Positions 14,988 through 24,976 of a stretch of 64,000 bases of DNA are shown one piece after another (the stretch's first letter is position 1; each line of letters begins with the position of its first letter). The notes under the pieces are model-generated. The model was given only the letters and a program-made list of their open reading frames with translations, searched no databases and was not told where the DNA came from. Made by a program: the position numbers and the translations under genes. Origin of the DNA: Candidatus Parvarchaeum sp. (GTDB lineage Archaea; Nanobdellota; Nanobdellia; Pacearchaeales; GW2011-AR1); the NCBI GenBank assembly GCA_020724955.1, contig DYFY01000002.1, positions 28,864-92,863 on the forward strand, in the 5' to 3' direction.

Positions 14988-17166
14988 AAAGCCTGTAAAG
15001 CAAAAACCAAAACTTTCAGAACTGACAAAAATAGAGGTTCCTGGCAAGCCGATTCCTGCAGAAAATCTCGAAAATGATGTGGTAGAGAAAAAAAGAAAAA
15101 AACCAGGAAAAAGGAGTCCAAAGTCCTCAAGTTTGGCTACTTCTATAAAACAGCCTGAAAAAGATTCAGTCCTGATAATAACTGAAAAACCACAGGCAGC
15201 CGAAAAAATCGCCAACTCCTTAGGGCAGGCCAGAAAATATGTTGAAAACCGGGTTCCATTCTACGAAGTCTCTATTAATGGGGAAAACATAATAGTTGCT
15301 TCTGCAGTTGGGCATTTATTTAATCTTACTTATGCCTCTGGAGAAAGGGGCTGGCCGGTCTTCAAAATGCTTTGGGAGCCAAGTTTTAAGAAAGCAAGTT
15401 TTACAAAAAACTATTATGACTTGCTAAAAAAACTCTCAAAAAGAGCAAAATCATTTGTTGTGGCTACTGATTATGACATCGAGGGAGAGGTAATTGGATG
15501 GAATGTTTTAAGATTTATAGCCCGACAGCAAGACGCTAAAAGAATGAAATATTCTACTTTGACAAAACCAGAGCTTTTGAAATCATACCAAAATGCACTC
15601 CCTACGCTAGACTGGGGGCAGGCTTACGCTGGCGAAACAAGGCACCGAATAGACTGGCTTTATGGAATAAACCTTTCTCGCGCACTAATGTCTGCAATAA
15701 AAACCTCCGGCTCTTTCAAAATTCTTTCAATTGGGAGAGTGCAAGGGCCTGCCTTGAAAATTATAGTAGACAGAGAGAGAGAAATCTCCGGTTTCAGGCC
15801 TGTTCCATATTGGCAGGTCATAGCTTTGGTGAAGGGTGTTGAACTAAAACACTCCAAAGATATTTTTGACAAAAAAGAACTAGATGATTTCAAGAACTTA
15901 AAATCAGGCTCATGCACTACAAAAATCTCGGAGGAAATTTTACATCCTCCTCACCCTTTTGATTTGACAAGTTTGCAGAGAGAATCATACAATCTTCACG
16001 GAATTTCTCCTTCCAACACACTCCGCATCGCACAGTCGCTCTACCTCTCAGGACTTATTTCATATCCGAGAACATCTTCTCAAAAAATACCAAAAGAAAT
16101 AAATCCCAAATTAATTCTCGAAAATTTAAAGAAGAAGTTTCCGGAACTAACAAAACACATTTCAAGATCAGAGCCGATAGAGGGGCAAAAATCAGATCCT
16201 GCGCATCCATCTATATTTCCCACTGGAGAATTCAAAAAACTTGAAGGTGATGAGAAAAAGATATATGAATTAGTTGTTAGAAGATTTATATCCTGCTTTT
16301 CCGCAGATGCAAAATTAGACAGAAAGCGCATAACTCTCAATGCAGAAGAAAAAAAATTCACTGCATCCGGAGTGAAAATAAAATTTCCCGGATGGCTTTC
16401 AGTTTATCCTGCAAAAATAGAAGAATCAGAACTCCCGACTCTTGAAGGAAAACAAAAAATAGACGAGATAAAATTTCTGGAAAAAGAAACGCAGCCTCCA
16501 AAACGCTACACTCCTGCGTCTTTGGTAACCTTGCTTGAAAAAAAAGGCCTCGGAACCAAGACAACAAGATCAATGATAGTTGACACTTTATTCAACAGAG
16601 GTTATTTAGAAGGAAAATCCATTCAGGCCACACCACTGGGAATCAGGCTGATAGAAGCTCTTGAGAAATACTCTCCTATAATAATAGACGAAAACTTGAC
16701 AAGAGATTTGGAAAAGAAAATGGAGGAAATCCAAAACTCAAAATCTGGCTTTGAAGAAAAGGAAAAAGCAATAATAGAAAGTGTAGAGCGCCTGATAACA
16801 GATATTTCAAAAGAATTCAAAATTCATGAGAAAAACATTGGGGTCTCATTGCAGGAGGGCACCCAAGAACTCCGCGAACAGCAAAACGAGCAAAACACAA
16901 TAGCTAAATGTCCTGTCTGCAATCTTGGACAACTGGCAATAAAATATTCTAAAAAAACAAACAAATATTTTGTTGCATGCAACAGGTATCCTGAATGCAC
17001 AGCAACATACAATCTCCCTCCAAACGCACTAATAAAAAACACAGGAAAACTCAACGAAGATGGGCTTCCGATTTTAGTTGCAATCAGAAAAGGAAGACGC
17101 CCATGGGAATTTCCATTTGATCCGCACTGGAAAGAAAAACAAAACCAGGATAAAAAGCAAAGTTAA
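14965..17166 (+). CDS. topA: DNA topoisomerase I, type IA (archaeal TopA) with a Lys-rich N-terminal extension
   Basis: Toprim VLIITEKP...DYDIEGE, active-site ISYPRTSS, C-terminal zinc ribbon CPVC...CNRYPEC; overlaps the xer 3' end by 23 nt. Confidence 0.9.
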   Translation: MEPKLTIEKPVKQKPKLSELTKIEVPGKPIPAENLENDVVEKKRKKPGKRSPKSSSLATSIKQPEKDSVLIITEKPQAAEKIANSLGQARKYVENRVPFYEVSINGENIIVASAVGHLFNLTYASGERGWPVFKMLWEPSFKKASFTKNYYDLLKKLSKRAKSFVVATDYDIEGEVIGWNVLRFIARQQDAKRMKYSTLTKPELLKSYQNALPTLDWGQAYAGETRHRIDWLYGINLSRALMSAIKTSGSFKILSIGRVQGPALKIIVDREREISGFRPVPYWQVIALVKGVELKHSKDIFDKKELDDFKNLKSGSCTTKISEEILHPPHPFDLTSLQRESYNLHGISPSNTLRIAQSLYLSGLISYPRTSSQKIPKEINPKLILENLKKKFPELTKHISRSEPIEGQKSDPAHPSIFPTGEFKKLEGDEKKIYELVVRRFISCFSADAKLDRKRITLNAEEKKFTASGVKIKFPGWLSVYPAKIEESELPTLEGKQKIDEIKFLEKETQPPKRYTPASLVTLLEKKGLGTKTTRSMIVDTLFNRGYLEGKSIQATPLGIRLIEALEKYSPIIIDENLTRDLEKKMEEIQNSKSGFEEKEKAIIESVERLITDISKEFKIHEKNIGVSLQEGTQELREQQNEQNTIAKCPVCNLGQLAIKYSKKTNKYFVACNRYPECTATYNLPPNALIKNTGKLNEDGLPILVAIRKGRRPWEFPFDPHWKEKQNQDKKQS

Positions 17167-17465
17167 GCCGCAATTCTTCCGGGAATTCCATACCTGGAAT
17201 CTTCTGGACCACAGCCAAGATTCCTAGAGCCATAACCTCTCTGTCCTTCAGAATAACTCGGAACCGCCCTATAGGGCAAAGAACTTTGAGCTTCTCTTCC
17301 TAAAACTCCCTGAAAATACCTCACCTCTGGACTCAAAATTCTGTCAGGATCAGAATATATGTCTTTCCTAGCATGTGGCCCTCTTTCTATAGAAAGAGAA
17401 CTTCCGGCATTTTCAGTTTCCTTCCTAATTCGTCTAAAAATAGGATTGGAGTCATATTCTGTCAT
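17163..17465 (-). CDS. Hypothetical low-complexity protein downstream of rpl15e
   Basis: 100-aa ORF starting 1 nt after the L15e stop; no motif recognised and coding status uncertain. Confidence 0.3.
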   Translation of the reverse strand: MTEYDSNPIFRRIRKETENAGSSLSIERGPHARKDIYSDPDRILSPEVRYFQGVLGREAQSSLPYRAVPSYSEGQRGYGSRNLGCGPEDSRYGIPGRIAA

Positions 17466-17466
17466 C

Positions 17467-18042
17467 TTATTTCCCCCTTCTGTCCCACGCTCTCAGGCTC
17501 GGCCTGACTTTTTTATTAGGGCCCTTGCCTCGCAGTCCTCTGGATTTTTTAGCAGAGCTGGTTAATCCGCGCTCGGCTCTTTTTCTGTTCGCTCCTTTTG
17601 TTATCCATTTGATAGTCCTGTCGTTCTTTATTTCAGGTTTTGAAGGATCAACCATAATAACTTCATAAAAATAATACATTCCATCCTGCCCTATCCAATA
17701 AGAATTCAGCACCTCCAAATTTTTGTATTTTCTGGCGGCTCTGATCTCAGCCACCCATTTATAATTCATTTTCAAAGTTTTTCTTATTGTCTGCTTTCTT
17801 GACTTTCTCCCTTTAACCTGAGCTCTCTCCCTTTTCCTTCCGCCCCTTCTCACCCTGACTCTTACAACGACAAATCCTCTCTTTGCTTTGTATCCAAGCC
17901 CTCTCGCTCTGTCCAATCTTGAAGGTTTCTCAACTACAACCGCTGCCTCGCTTTTTCTCCACTCAATCATCCTGCTATGAACATCCTTAGCGTCGGGCTT
18001 TTTCCATGCCTCCCGCAGATAATAATACAATCCCTTTGTCAT
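17467..18042 (-). CDS. rpl15e: 50S ribosomal protein L15e
   Basis: YYYLREAWKKP..., RLDRARGLGYKAK.GFVVVRVRVRRGG; first ATG at 18042. Confidence 0.9.
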   Translation of the reverse strand: MTKGLYYYLREAWKKPDAKDVHSRMIEWRKSEAAVVVEKPSRLDRARGLGYKAKRGFVVVRVRVRRGGRKRERAQVKGRKSRKQTIRKTLKMNYKWVAEIRAARKYKNLEVLNSYWIGQDGMYYFYEVIMVDPSKPEIKNDRTIKWITKGANRKRAERGLTSSAKKSRGLRGKGPNKKVRPSLRAWDRRGK

Positions 18043-18212
18043 CTTCAAACATGATAAATTTGGTTTTTAAATCTTCTTATAACATTAAATGCAGTTCGTA
18101 GCTCAGCACAAAATTTCAGTTTTCATGTTGTTTCATAAAATGCTTTTAATAAAGCAATATTTTTAGTGTGCGCGTTTTAAGTCAAATTATAAGTTTCTTC
18201 ATACATAAAAAA

Positions 18213-18287
18213 TGATCGCGCCAAGATTTGAACTTGGGACCCCTGCCTTATCAGAGCAGTGCTCTAACCAGACTGAGCTACGCGATC
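18213..18287 (-). tRNA. tRNA-Ile (GAU)
   Basis: Manual cloverleaf: acceptor GAUCGCG/CGCGAUC, D arm GCUC..GAGC, anticodon loop CUGAUAA, T arm CCAAG-UUCAAAU-CUUGG; no encoded CCA. Confidence 0.9.
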
Positions 18288-18506
18288 ATACACTAACTAA
18301 AAAATAATTCGTTTTTAAGTCTTCTGTCTATTCAGGCTTTGCGCAAAAAGCAACTCTTGCACAAAAAGCGATTTAGCTGTCGTGCAAAGCATAAAACATC
18401 TTTCACTATAGATACATTTTATTCATCAAATCAATTTATTTTCTGTCAATTAAATAAAACTACCTGATATTTACCTAGTTAGCTTCAATTTAAAATTCTG
18501 TCTAAT

Positions 18507-18794
18507 CTATTTTTCAGAATTCTCTGGAAGCCCATAGTTATGGATAGCAGCTCCAAGTTTTGCCCCAGGATAAGTCCAAGCCGCCAAAGCATATGCACCG
18601 ATTCCTTCGCCATATTGTTCTTTGCTCTGTTCCAAATAGGCCATAAAAGATGTGTCCTGAATTCTCACTCTGTTGAATGGTTGAATATTTGATTCTAGTC
18701 CAAGAACAGAGCCAAATACTCCCAATCCTCCCAATCCCAAAGCCATAGCTAAAACAACTTCCAATGTTTTTGGAGCTTTCTTTTTCTCTTCCAC
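18507..18794 (-). CDS. Hypothetical small membrane protein
   Basis: 95-aa ORF with a GTG start and a Gly-rich TM segment. Confidence 0.35.
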   Translation of the reverse strand: MEEKKKAPKTLEVVLAMALGLGGLGVFGSVLGLESNIQPFNRVRIQDTSFMAYLEQSKEQYGEGIGAYALAAWTYPGAKLGAAIHNYGLPENSEK

Positions 18795-19115
18795 AACTTT
18801 CTTGGGATTCTAAATTTTATAAGTTTTTCTACCGCCTGAACCTCAAACTTTGGATTTTTCAGTTTTGGCAAAAGATACACTAAAATCCAGCCTCTATCGA
18901 AAGAAACTAACAGAAATTTAACGAAGTTTATTCCGACCTAAAAAAATAAATTTGGATAGAAAAACCTGCAAATATTTAGGAACCGTTAAATTCCAACGCT
19001 AGTTAGAACTATCTCCAGCTGCTGCTAACTTGATATTTAGTGAACTAAAAAACCAACTATTTTATATCCAGCCACGAGCTGAAGAAGGATAAATTTCTTA
19101 CACGTTCAGTTAAAA

Positions 19116-19742
19116 TCAATACAGCCCGAACTCAACACTCAAAGTTTTCCCGTCAATTCTGATTCCCTTCAGGGGCAGATCAACAGGAAGTGAATTAACA
19201 TAAACTTTCTTCTTCCCAATAGCCTTCACTTCATAGCCACTTTCAAGCTTTGAAATAAAAACATCTTCAGGAGACTCAATTCCGCTGGCTCCAAGCTCAT
19301 AAACAATCTTGTCGCTTAATCTCCTCACACTTGATTTTGCCTCAACCCTTGGAAGTCCTTCCATTCGTTTAATCTGCTCAGGAGTTATCCCTTTCCTAAC
19401 AGCTTTCTGCTGTTGCTTTTGTTGCGGAACTCCAAACTGAATTCTTATGCCATTAGGAAGATTCTGGACATTTGCCCCATCCATTTGGGAATTCTTCATT
19501 TGTTTTTCAAGGCTTTTCATCAGGCTGTTGAAAATAGAACTAATCATCTTATCACTAATTCCGAGCCCGCCGAGCCCGCCGACAAGCGGCGCCCCGCTAA
19601 CAAAATTGTTTTTTCCAAGCGCTCCAAAATTTCTCATATCTTCTTCGGGATTCCTCAAGTCAAGCCCGCAATAAGGACAAAAGTCAAAACTATCCTTGAC
19701 CTTGCTTTTGCACTTCATGCACTTCATTTTTTCTCCAAACAT
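19116..19742 (-). CDS. Zinc-ribbon protein with a C-terminal beta-sandwich (HSP20-like) region
   Basis: CMKCKSK...CPYCG at the N-terminus; C-terminal pattern resembles the alpha-crystallin fold. Confidence 0.45.
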   Translation of the reverse strand: MFGEKMKCMKCKSKVKDSFDFCPYCGLDLRNPEEDMRNFGALGKNNFVSGAPLVGGLGGLGISDKMISSIFNSLMKSLEKQMKNSQMDGANVQNLPNGIRIQFGVPQQKQQQKAVRKGITPEQIKRMEGLPRVEAKSSVRRLSDKIVYELGASGIESPEDVFISKLESGYEVKAIGKKKVYVNSLPVDLPLKGIRIDGKTLSVEFGLY

Positions 19743-19835
19743 TCCAATTCCTATTCATTCCTACTTTTAAAACTTGCGGAAGATAATTCCATCAAAAAAA
19801 GCTAATTTTATATACCTGTCAATCCTTGAGCCTTA

Positions 19836-20024
19836 ATGAATGCAGAAATAATAATATCAATAATTGCAGTCCTAATAGTATTAGAAGGAGCCATTATAGC
19901 GTTCAACCCAAACTGGACAAGAAGAGTCTTTCAGAAACTCGCAAGAAAAAACTCCTCAGTTAGAACTCTTGGTATAATCGAAATAATTATCGGGATTTTG
20001 CTGTTTCTGATTTCTGTTTACTAA
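19836..20024 (+). CDS. Small two-TM protein (DUF2065-like)
   Basis: 62 aa; LEGAIIAFNPNWTRRVF...LGIIEIIIG pattern. Confidence 0.45.
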   Translation: MNAEIIISIIAVLIVLEGAIIAFNPNWTRRVFQKLARKNSSVRTLGIIEIIIGILLFLISVY

Positions 20025-20037
20025 AATCAAACGTTTT

Positions 20038-20508
20038 CTAGGTTCTTATCCTATAATACGAGAAAATAATTTTACCCAAGATTAATATCAAAAATGGGAT
20101 TGTTAGAACGACTATCTTGATATTGTTATTATTTAACTTACGATAAATCTTTGATCCTATAGATATAATCAATAAAGAAATAAACATAAATGGAATTTGA
20201 ATATAAACGATACCTATACCTCCCCAATCATCAGACATCCCTAAAAAAAATTGAATAACTAACAACAAACCAGCAAATAAGAATGGTCTTAAAAGTCCAT
20301 AAGAACATAAAATTAAAAACAAGGTCATTAACATTACAAAAATAAGGCTAATAAAAAAAATATGGAAACTGCCTCCTGAAAAAAATCCTTTCCAAAATAT
20401 CATTCCTGCCAATAAGAAAGATAAAACAGCAAAGTATCCAACACCTTTTAAAAAATGATTTACACTATATTCCTCTTTAACTCCAAAAACCTCTCTCCAC
20501 CAAATCAT
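20038..20508 (-). CDS. Hypothetical polytopic membrane protein
   Basis: 156 aa with four to five hydrophobic helices. Confidence 0.45.
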   Translation of the reverse strand: MIWWREVFGVKEEYSVNHFLKGVGYFAVLSFLLAGMIFWKGFFSGGSFHIFFISLIFVMLMTLFLILCSYGLLRPFLFAGLLLVIQFFLGMSDDWGGIGIVYIQIPFMFISLLIISIGSKIYRKLNNNNIKIVVLTIPFLILILGKIIFSYYRIRT

Positions 20509-20541
20509 CTTACACGCAAGAAATCCTTATATATAAAAATA

Positions 20542-20613
20542 TGCGCCGGCCGGGAATTGAACCCGGATCGCCAGCTTGGGAAGCTAGAATCATAACCATT
20601 AGACCACCGGCGC
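20542..20613 (-). tRNA. tRNA-Gly (CCC)
   Basis: Manual cloverleaf: acceptor GCGCCGG/CCGGCGC, anticodon stem CUAGC/GCUGG, loop UUCCCAA, T arm CCGGG-UUCAAUU-CCCGG. Confidence 0.85.
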
Positions 20614-20656
20614 GCACAACCCTCACAATACCAGAATAAATAAACTTTACCAATAA

Positions 20657-21181
20657 TTATTGCAATTCTCCCTCTAATAACATGGGAACAAGACTTTCTA
20701 GAAATCTTTTATCCGTTTCATCAAAAGCATTTTTATATGCTGCATCAACATCAAAAACTCCTATCACCCTCCCTGCCTTGTCCTTTATTGGCACTACAAT
20801 TTCTGAAACAGCTCTGGCATCGCAAACTATATGTCCTGGAAAATCATTCACATCAGGAACTATCAAAGTCTCCCCTCTCTTGGCAGCTGTCCCGCAAACT
20901 CCTGTGTAAGCAATATTTGGACAAGCAATCACTCCTTGATACGGCCCGACAACAAGCTCCTTCTCCTCTGCAAAATAAAAACCGCACCACAAATAATGAG
21001 GCATATATTGCTTTAAAACCGCAGTAACTGTGGCCATTCTTGGAACAATCATCCCGCCCTCAAGAGTCGCAAGCTGTGATTTTATTTCTTCCAATGCCCT
21101 ATCATACAGCCTCTGCTTCTCTTCGGCAGCAACCCCTACAAATTTATCAGAAGCAGTGTTTTTGTTTTCCGTCATTCCCAT
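20657..21181 (-). CDS. GAF-domain free methionine-(R)-sulfoxide reductase-like protein
   Basis: WCGFY...GPYQG..AC..I..G.GVCG.AA...VPDV..FPGHI.CD..S.SEIVVPI...G.VIGVFDVD matches the fRMsr pattern; probable ATG at 21181. Confidence 0.75.
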   Translation of the reverse strand: MGMTENKNTASDKFVGVAAEEKQRLYDRALEEIKSQLATLEGGMIVPRMATVTAVLKQYMPHYLWCGFYFAEEKELVVGPYQGVIACPNIAYTGVCGTAAKRGETLIVPDVNDFPGHIVCDARAVSEIVVPIKDKAGRVIGVFDVDAAYKNAFDETDKRFLESLVPMLLEGELQ

Positions 21182-21301
21182 GACCCCAATAATACGCTGA
21201 AACAATGCTTTAAATAATTTTCTAAACCTCCAAAATAACAGCAATAGGAGGCTTATGCCCGACGGCAGAAGATTTAAAAACTATTTTCCACTGAAATTTT
21301 T

Positions 21302-22072
21302 ATGAATAGAATGATTAGAAAAATACCAAAAGACGTCAAAGATAAAATTCTTAGCTCTCTGGACCGCAAGCTAAGAGAAGAAATTAATCCAAATAAAGAC
21401 CCAAATGAGATAGCTGAAGATTTTAACAGAATATTCAAAATAGAGTTTGAGGAAAAACGCAGAACAAGTGTAGAAGGCGGAAGGCATAATATGCCTGTTG
21501 TATTTATAGGACAATACAAAATAAATCCGGCCAGTATAGGTGCGAAGAAAGAACCAGAGGTTGTACTTTACAAATCAATCGGTTTTGGTTGTTCTCCAAT
21601 ACCTATCGATCCTACAAAAAGCATTATAGCAAGAGCTGTGATAAATGGCACACACCAACATATTCCAGATGTTAGCAGGGATCCAAGCCACTGGGAATGT
21701 AGCGGCGAAGCAAGTCACGAAGAAGTATACCCTATTTTTTCATGGGGATATACTTCAGGAAATTTAAAAGGATATCAAGCAGTTGTTGGGGTTCATGACA
21801 TAGATTTCGCAGACAGAAATGCCTTAACTTTAAGAGAATCTAGATTGCTAGGAAATATAATTTATCCAATAGGAGAATTAATATTCCCAGGACAACCGGA
21901 ATTTCAGTTAGATCATAAAAGTTTAATATATAGAAGGCCAGTTATGCAAAGAGAGAGCGCAAGGAATCTTAGCGAAGGAAACTCAATTCCAGGCAGATAC
22001 GCAGATTCTGTAAACTCCAGAAATATGGAAAAATGGAAAAATCCTAGTAAATCGCAAAGATTAGAAAGATAA
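21302..22072 (+). CDS. Divergent fRMsr/GAF-like paralogue with N- and C-terminal extensions
   Basis: C.PIP...IIARAV..G....IPDV..DPSHWEC......EEVYPIF...AVVGVHDIDF aligns by eye with the neighbouring GAF protein. Confidence 0.4.
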   Translation: MNRMIRKIPKDVKDKILSSLDRKLREEINPNKDPNEIAEDFNRIFKIEFEEKRRTSVEGGRHNMPVVFIGQYKINPASIGAKKEPEVVLYKSIGFGCSPIPIDPTKSIIARAVINGTHQHIPDVSRDPSHWECSGEASHEEVYPIFSWGYTSGNLKGYQAVVGVHDIDFADRNALTLRESRLLGNIIYPIGELIFPGQPEFQLDHKSLIYRRPVMQRESARNLSEGNSIPGRYADSVNSRNMEKWKNPSKSQRLER

Positions 22073-22108
22073 CACTATATTTTTATATTCAAAATTTTCT
22101 GACAATCA

Positions 22109-23158
22109 ATGGCAAAAAAATCATTTTTTAAAGAAAAATCTGAAAAAGAAATAAGAGAACTGAATCTCAGAACAGTTTTCTCAAAAAAAGGTTTGGTGGA
22201 AAAAATTTTAGAGTTAAATCCAGCGTCTGAAGGATTGGAAATAAGAGTTCAGCTTCTTCCGGGGCAATTTTACCGCAACACACAATCTTGGAAGCAAGCG
22301 TCAAACAAAGCTCTTAAACACGGAGGTTATATCCCATTAAGCCAGCCGACGACAATAACTGAAGCCTTAAAAAGCAGAAGATTGCCTCACCAAATAAGAA
22401 AAGCCGACTTTGGACAATTAGATAGTATCCATGAAGATGAAATTAACTTAATAGGTTATAGCTTCAAACCAATACAAGGAGTAGACAGAAGAAAAAGACT
22501 TGTGCCTTTCTCATGGATAATGGAAGGGGCTAGAATATTTGCTTATTCTGAAAGACTAAAAAAAGGAATAGAAGTAAAGCCATATGATGATGCGGCAAAA
22601 GTAGAGCAAGAGGGGGCTGACGTAATAGTTATAGTGCCCTCAAGAAAAAAAAGACAAAGAAGATACACAATAAGATTCAAACATGTCCCTATAATAGACA
22701 ATCAAAGAAAAAGAGCGATTTGCTGGAGCTTAGACACAAACTTTGAAAGAGGAGAAGAGCCGAGGCACAAAACTTTCAATATAAGGTATAGATTTGAACA
22801 CGACAGAGAAGGAAGCGACGTGAAAGTATTCTACCCTCATGAAATAGCAGGATATTTAGCGATCGCGAAACACTATGCAGCTAAAGAAGGAAACAGAGTG
22901 CCCTGGGATATGAACCCCTTTGCAAAACCTTCGCAGAAATTGGTAGACTTTTACAAAAGAATAACTAACAATGTGGTAATTTACGACCCAACTCTAGGTA
23001 AGAGTGGTGGAACAAGGAAGATTCATATAGCAGAAGAATGTCTTCTGTTGGGAAGAGCAGTAAGAGCTCTCGGACATGACAAAACTCTATTCTGGAATCC
23101 CGAAAGAGACCCAAAAACTCTCGCTGACTACGATTGGACAATTCCGCAAGTAGCCTAG
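22109..23158 (+). CDS. Hypothetical protein, 349 aa
   Basis: Long ORF with ATG start, basic, no recognised motif. Confidence 0.5.
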   Translation: MAKKSFFKEKSEKEIRELNLRTVFSKKGLVEKILELNPASEGLEIRVQLLPGQFYRNTQSWKQASNKALKHGGYIPLSQPTTITEALKSRRLPHQIRKADFGQLDSIHEDEINLIGYSFKPIQGVDRRKRLVPFSWIMEGARIFAYSERLKKGIEVKPYDDAAKVEQEGADVIVIVPSRKKRQRRYTIRFKHVPIIDNQRKRAICWSLDTNFERGEEPRHKTFNIRYRFEHDREGSDVKVFYPHEIAGYLAIAKHYAAKEGNRVPWDMNPFAKPSQKLVDFYKRITNNVVIYDPTLGKSGGTRKIHIAEECLLLGRAVRALGHDKTLFWNPERDPKTLADYDWTIPQVA

Positions 23159-23192
23159 TTAGCTTTTTATACAATCTTTCCCTGTTTCTTGA

Positions 23193-24632
23193 ATGGCAAA
23201 AAAATTTTATATAACAACCCCGATATATTATCCAAATGACCTTCCTCATTTGGGGCACGCATACACAACAATAGCGGCAGATGTCTTGGCCCGCTGGAAC
23301 AAGCTCCGGGGAAAATCTGTATTTTTCGTAACAGGAACAGACGAACACGGAAAAAAAATAGCCCTCTCAGCAGAAAAAGCAAATAAAAGCCCGAAGCAAT
23401 TCGTGGACTCTGTGGTTCCGAAATTCGAAGAAGCCTGGAAAAAACTTAACATTCAATACGATAGATTTATTAGAACAACAGACAAAGACCACGAAATTAT
23501 CGTTTCCAAAATCCTGAATAAAGTTCACAAATCAGGGGACATTTATCTTGGAAATTACGAGGGCCTCTACTGCACCAGTTGTGAAGCTTATTATACTAAA
23601 AAAGATGCCCCAGATTCAGTCTGCCCAATACACAAAAAGCCTCTTGATTTATTAAAAGAAAAATCCTATTTCTTCAGGCTCTCAAAATACCAAAAATTCC
23701 TGCTGGATTTATACAAAAAAAACCCTGATTTTATTTCTCCCAAGAGCAGAAGAAAAGAAATAATAAATCGCGTAAAAGCTGGATTGACAGATTTTAGCAT
23801 TTCCAGAAGCTCTTTTTCATGGGGTATCCCTATTCCGTTTGACAAAAACCATGTAACTTATGTTTGGTTTGACGCTCTATTAAATTATTACTCTGCAACT
23901 CAAAGCCAGAAAAAACTAAAAAAATTCTGGCCTCCAAACACGCAAATTGTAGGAAAAGACATTCTTTGGTTTCACGCAGTCTATTGGCCCGCAATGCTAA
24001 AATCAGCAGGACTAAAATTGCCTGAAAAAATATTTGCTCATGGCTGGTGGACAATAAGCGGGGAAAAAATGGGCAAATCGGCAGGAAATGCAATTTCTAT
24101 AGACTCACTGGTCAGCATAGCCGGCTCGGACTCAGCAAGATATTTCCTGCTCAGAGAAGCTTCTTTCGGAGATGATGGAGATTTTAGTGAAAAAATGCTT
24201 GTAGAACGCCATAATTCAGAGCTGGCAAATAAGCTGGGCAACTTAGTCTCCAGAGTTTCAACGCTAGCTGAAAAATACGGCTTAGACAAAAAAGCAGGAA
24301 TTTCCCCGCTAGCTCTTAAATTCAAAAACCAAATAGCGAAGCACCTTGATTCATTAGAATTCGACAAGGCTCTGCAAATAATAATAAGATACACAGATAA
24401 ATGCAATGAATACATACAGGATAAAAAGCCGTGGGAAACTCACGATAAGCAAGTATTATATGAGCTGGCAAACGCAATAAAAAACATTTCTATCCTGCTC
24501 TCTCCTTTCATTCCCGAAACCGCAGAAAAAATAGCAAAAACCTTCAACTTTAAAATCTCTTTGTCTGAACTAGACAAACCTCTGAAAATCAGCAAAATTA
24601 AAAAGTCAGAGATTTTGTTTAGGAAAATATGA
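23193..24632 (+). CDS. metG: Methionyl-tRNA synthetase, catalytic core and anticodon-binding part
   Basis: HIGH-type PHLGHAYT, CxxC knuckles, KMGKSAGN (KMSKS). Confidence 0.9.
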   Translation: MAKKFYITTPIYYPNDLPHLGHAYTTIAADVLARWNKLRGKSVFFVTGTDEHGKKIALSAEKANKSPKQFVDSVVPKFEEAWKKLNIQYDRFIRTTDKDHEIIVSKILNKVHKSGDIYLGNYEGLYCTSCEAYYTKKDAPDSVCPIHKKPLDLLKEKSYFFRLSKYQKFLLDLYKKNPDFISPKSRRKEIINRVKAGLTDFSISRSSFSWGIPIPFDKNHVTYVWFDALLNYYSATQSQKKLKKFWPPNTQIVGKDILWFHAVYWPAMLKSAGLKLPEKIFAHGWWTISGEKMGKSAGNAISIDSLVSIAGSDSARYFLLREASFGDDGDFSEKMLVERHNSELANKLGNLVSRVSTLAEKYGLDKKAGISPLALKFKNQIAKHLDSLEFDKALQIIIRYTDKCNEYIQDKKPWETHDKQVLYELANAIKNISILLSPFIPETAEKIAKTFNFKISLSELDKPLKISKIKKSEILFRKI

Positions 24633-24976
24633 CATCAGAAATATCAATCTCTTTAGAAGACTTCCAAAAACTAGACATACGAATAGGTAAAATAGTCAAA
24701 GTAGAAGACCATCCGAATGCAGACAAGCTTTATGTCCTGCAGGTAGACTTCGGCAATGAGATAGGAGTCAAAACAATAGTAGCCGGCTTAAAGCAATATA
24801 TAAGAAAAAAGGAGTTGGAAAACAAAAAAGCAGCATTTATCATAAACCTAAAACCGGCAATTATCAGAGGAATAGAAAGCCAGGGCATGTGTTTGGCAGC
24901 AGGAGATAAAAGCTCTGGTGTATTCTCCCTTCTTTCCCCAGACAAAAACATAGAAGAAGGAACGAGAGTTAGTTAA
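24629..24976 (+). CDS. Stand-alone tRNA-binding domain (Trbp111/EMAP-II-like; MetRS C-terminal domain as a separate gene)
   Basis: DIRIGKIVKVEDHPNADKLYVLQVDFG...IVAGLK...NLKPA.IRGIESQGM; ATGA overlap with the metG stop. Confidence 0.85.
   Translation: MTSEISISLEDFQKLDIRIGKIVKVEDHPNADKLYVLQVDFGNEIGVKTIVAGLKQYIRKKELENKKAAFIINLKPAIIRGIESQGMCLAAGDKSSGVFSLLSPDKNIEEGTRVS

Noticed and set aside
17163-17465. SRP RNA or RNase P RNA in the relatively GC-rich stretch after rpl15e
   Set aside because: I could not recognise any conserved SRP helix-8 or RNase P CR-I to CR-V motifs. The stretch is kept as a low-confidence ORF instead.
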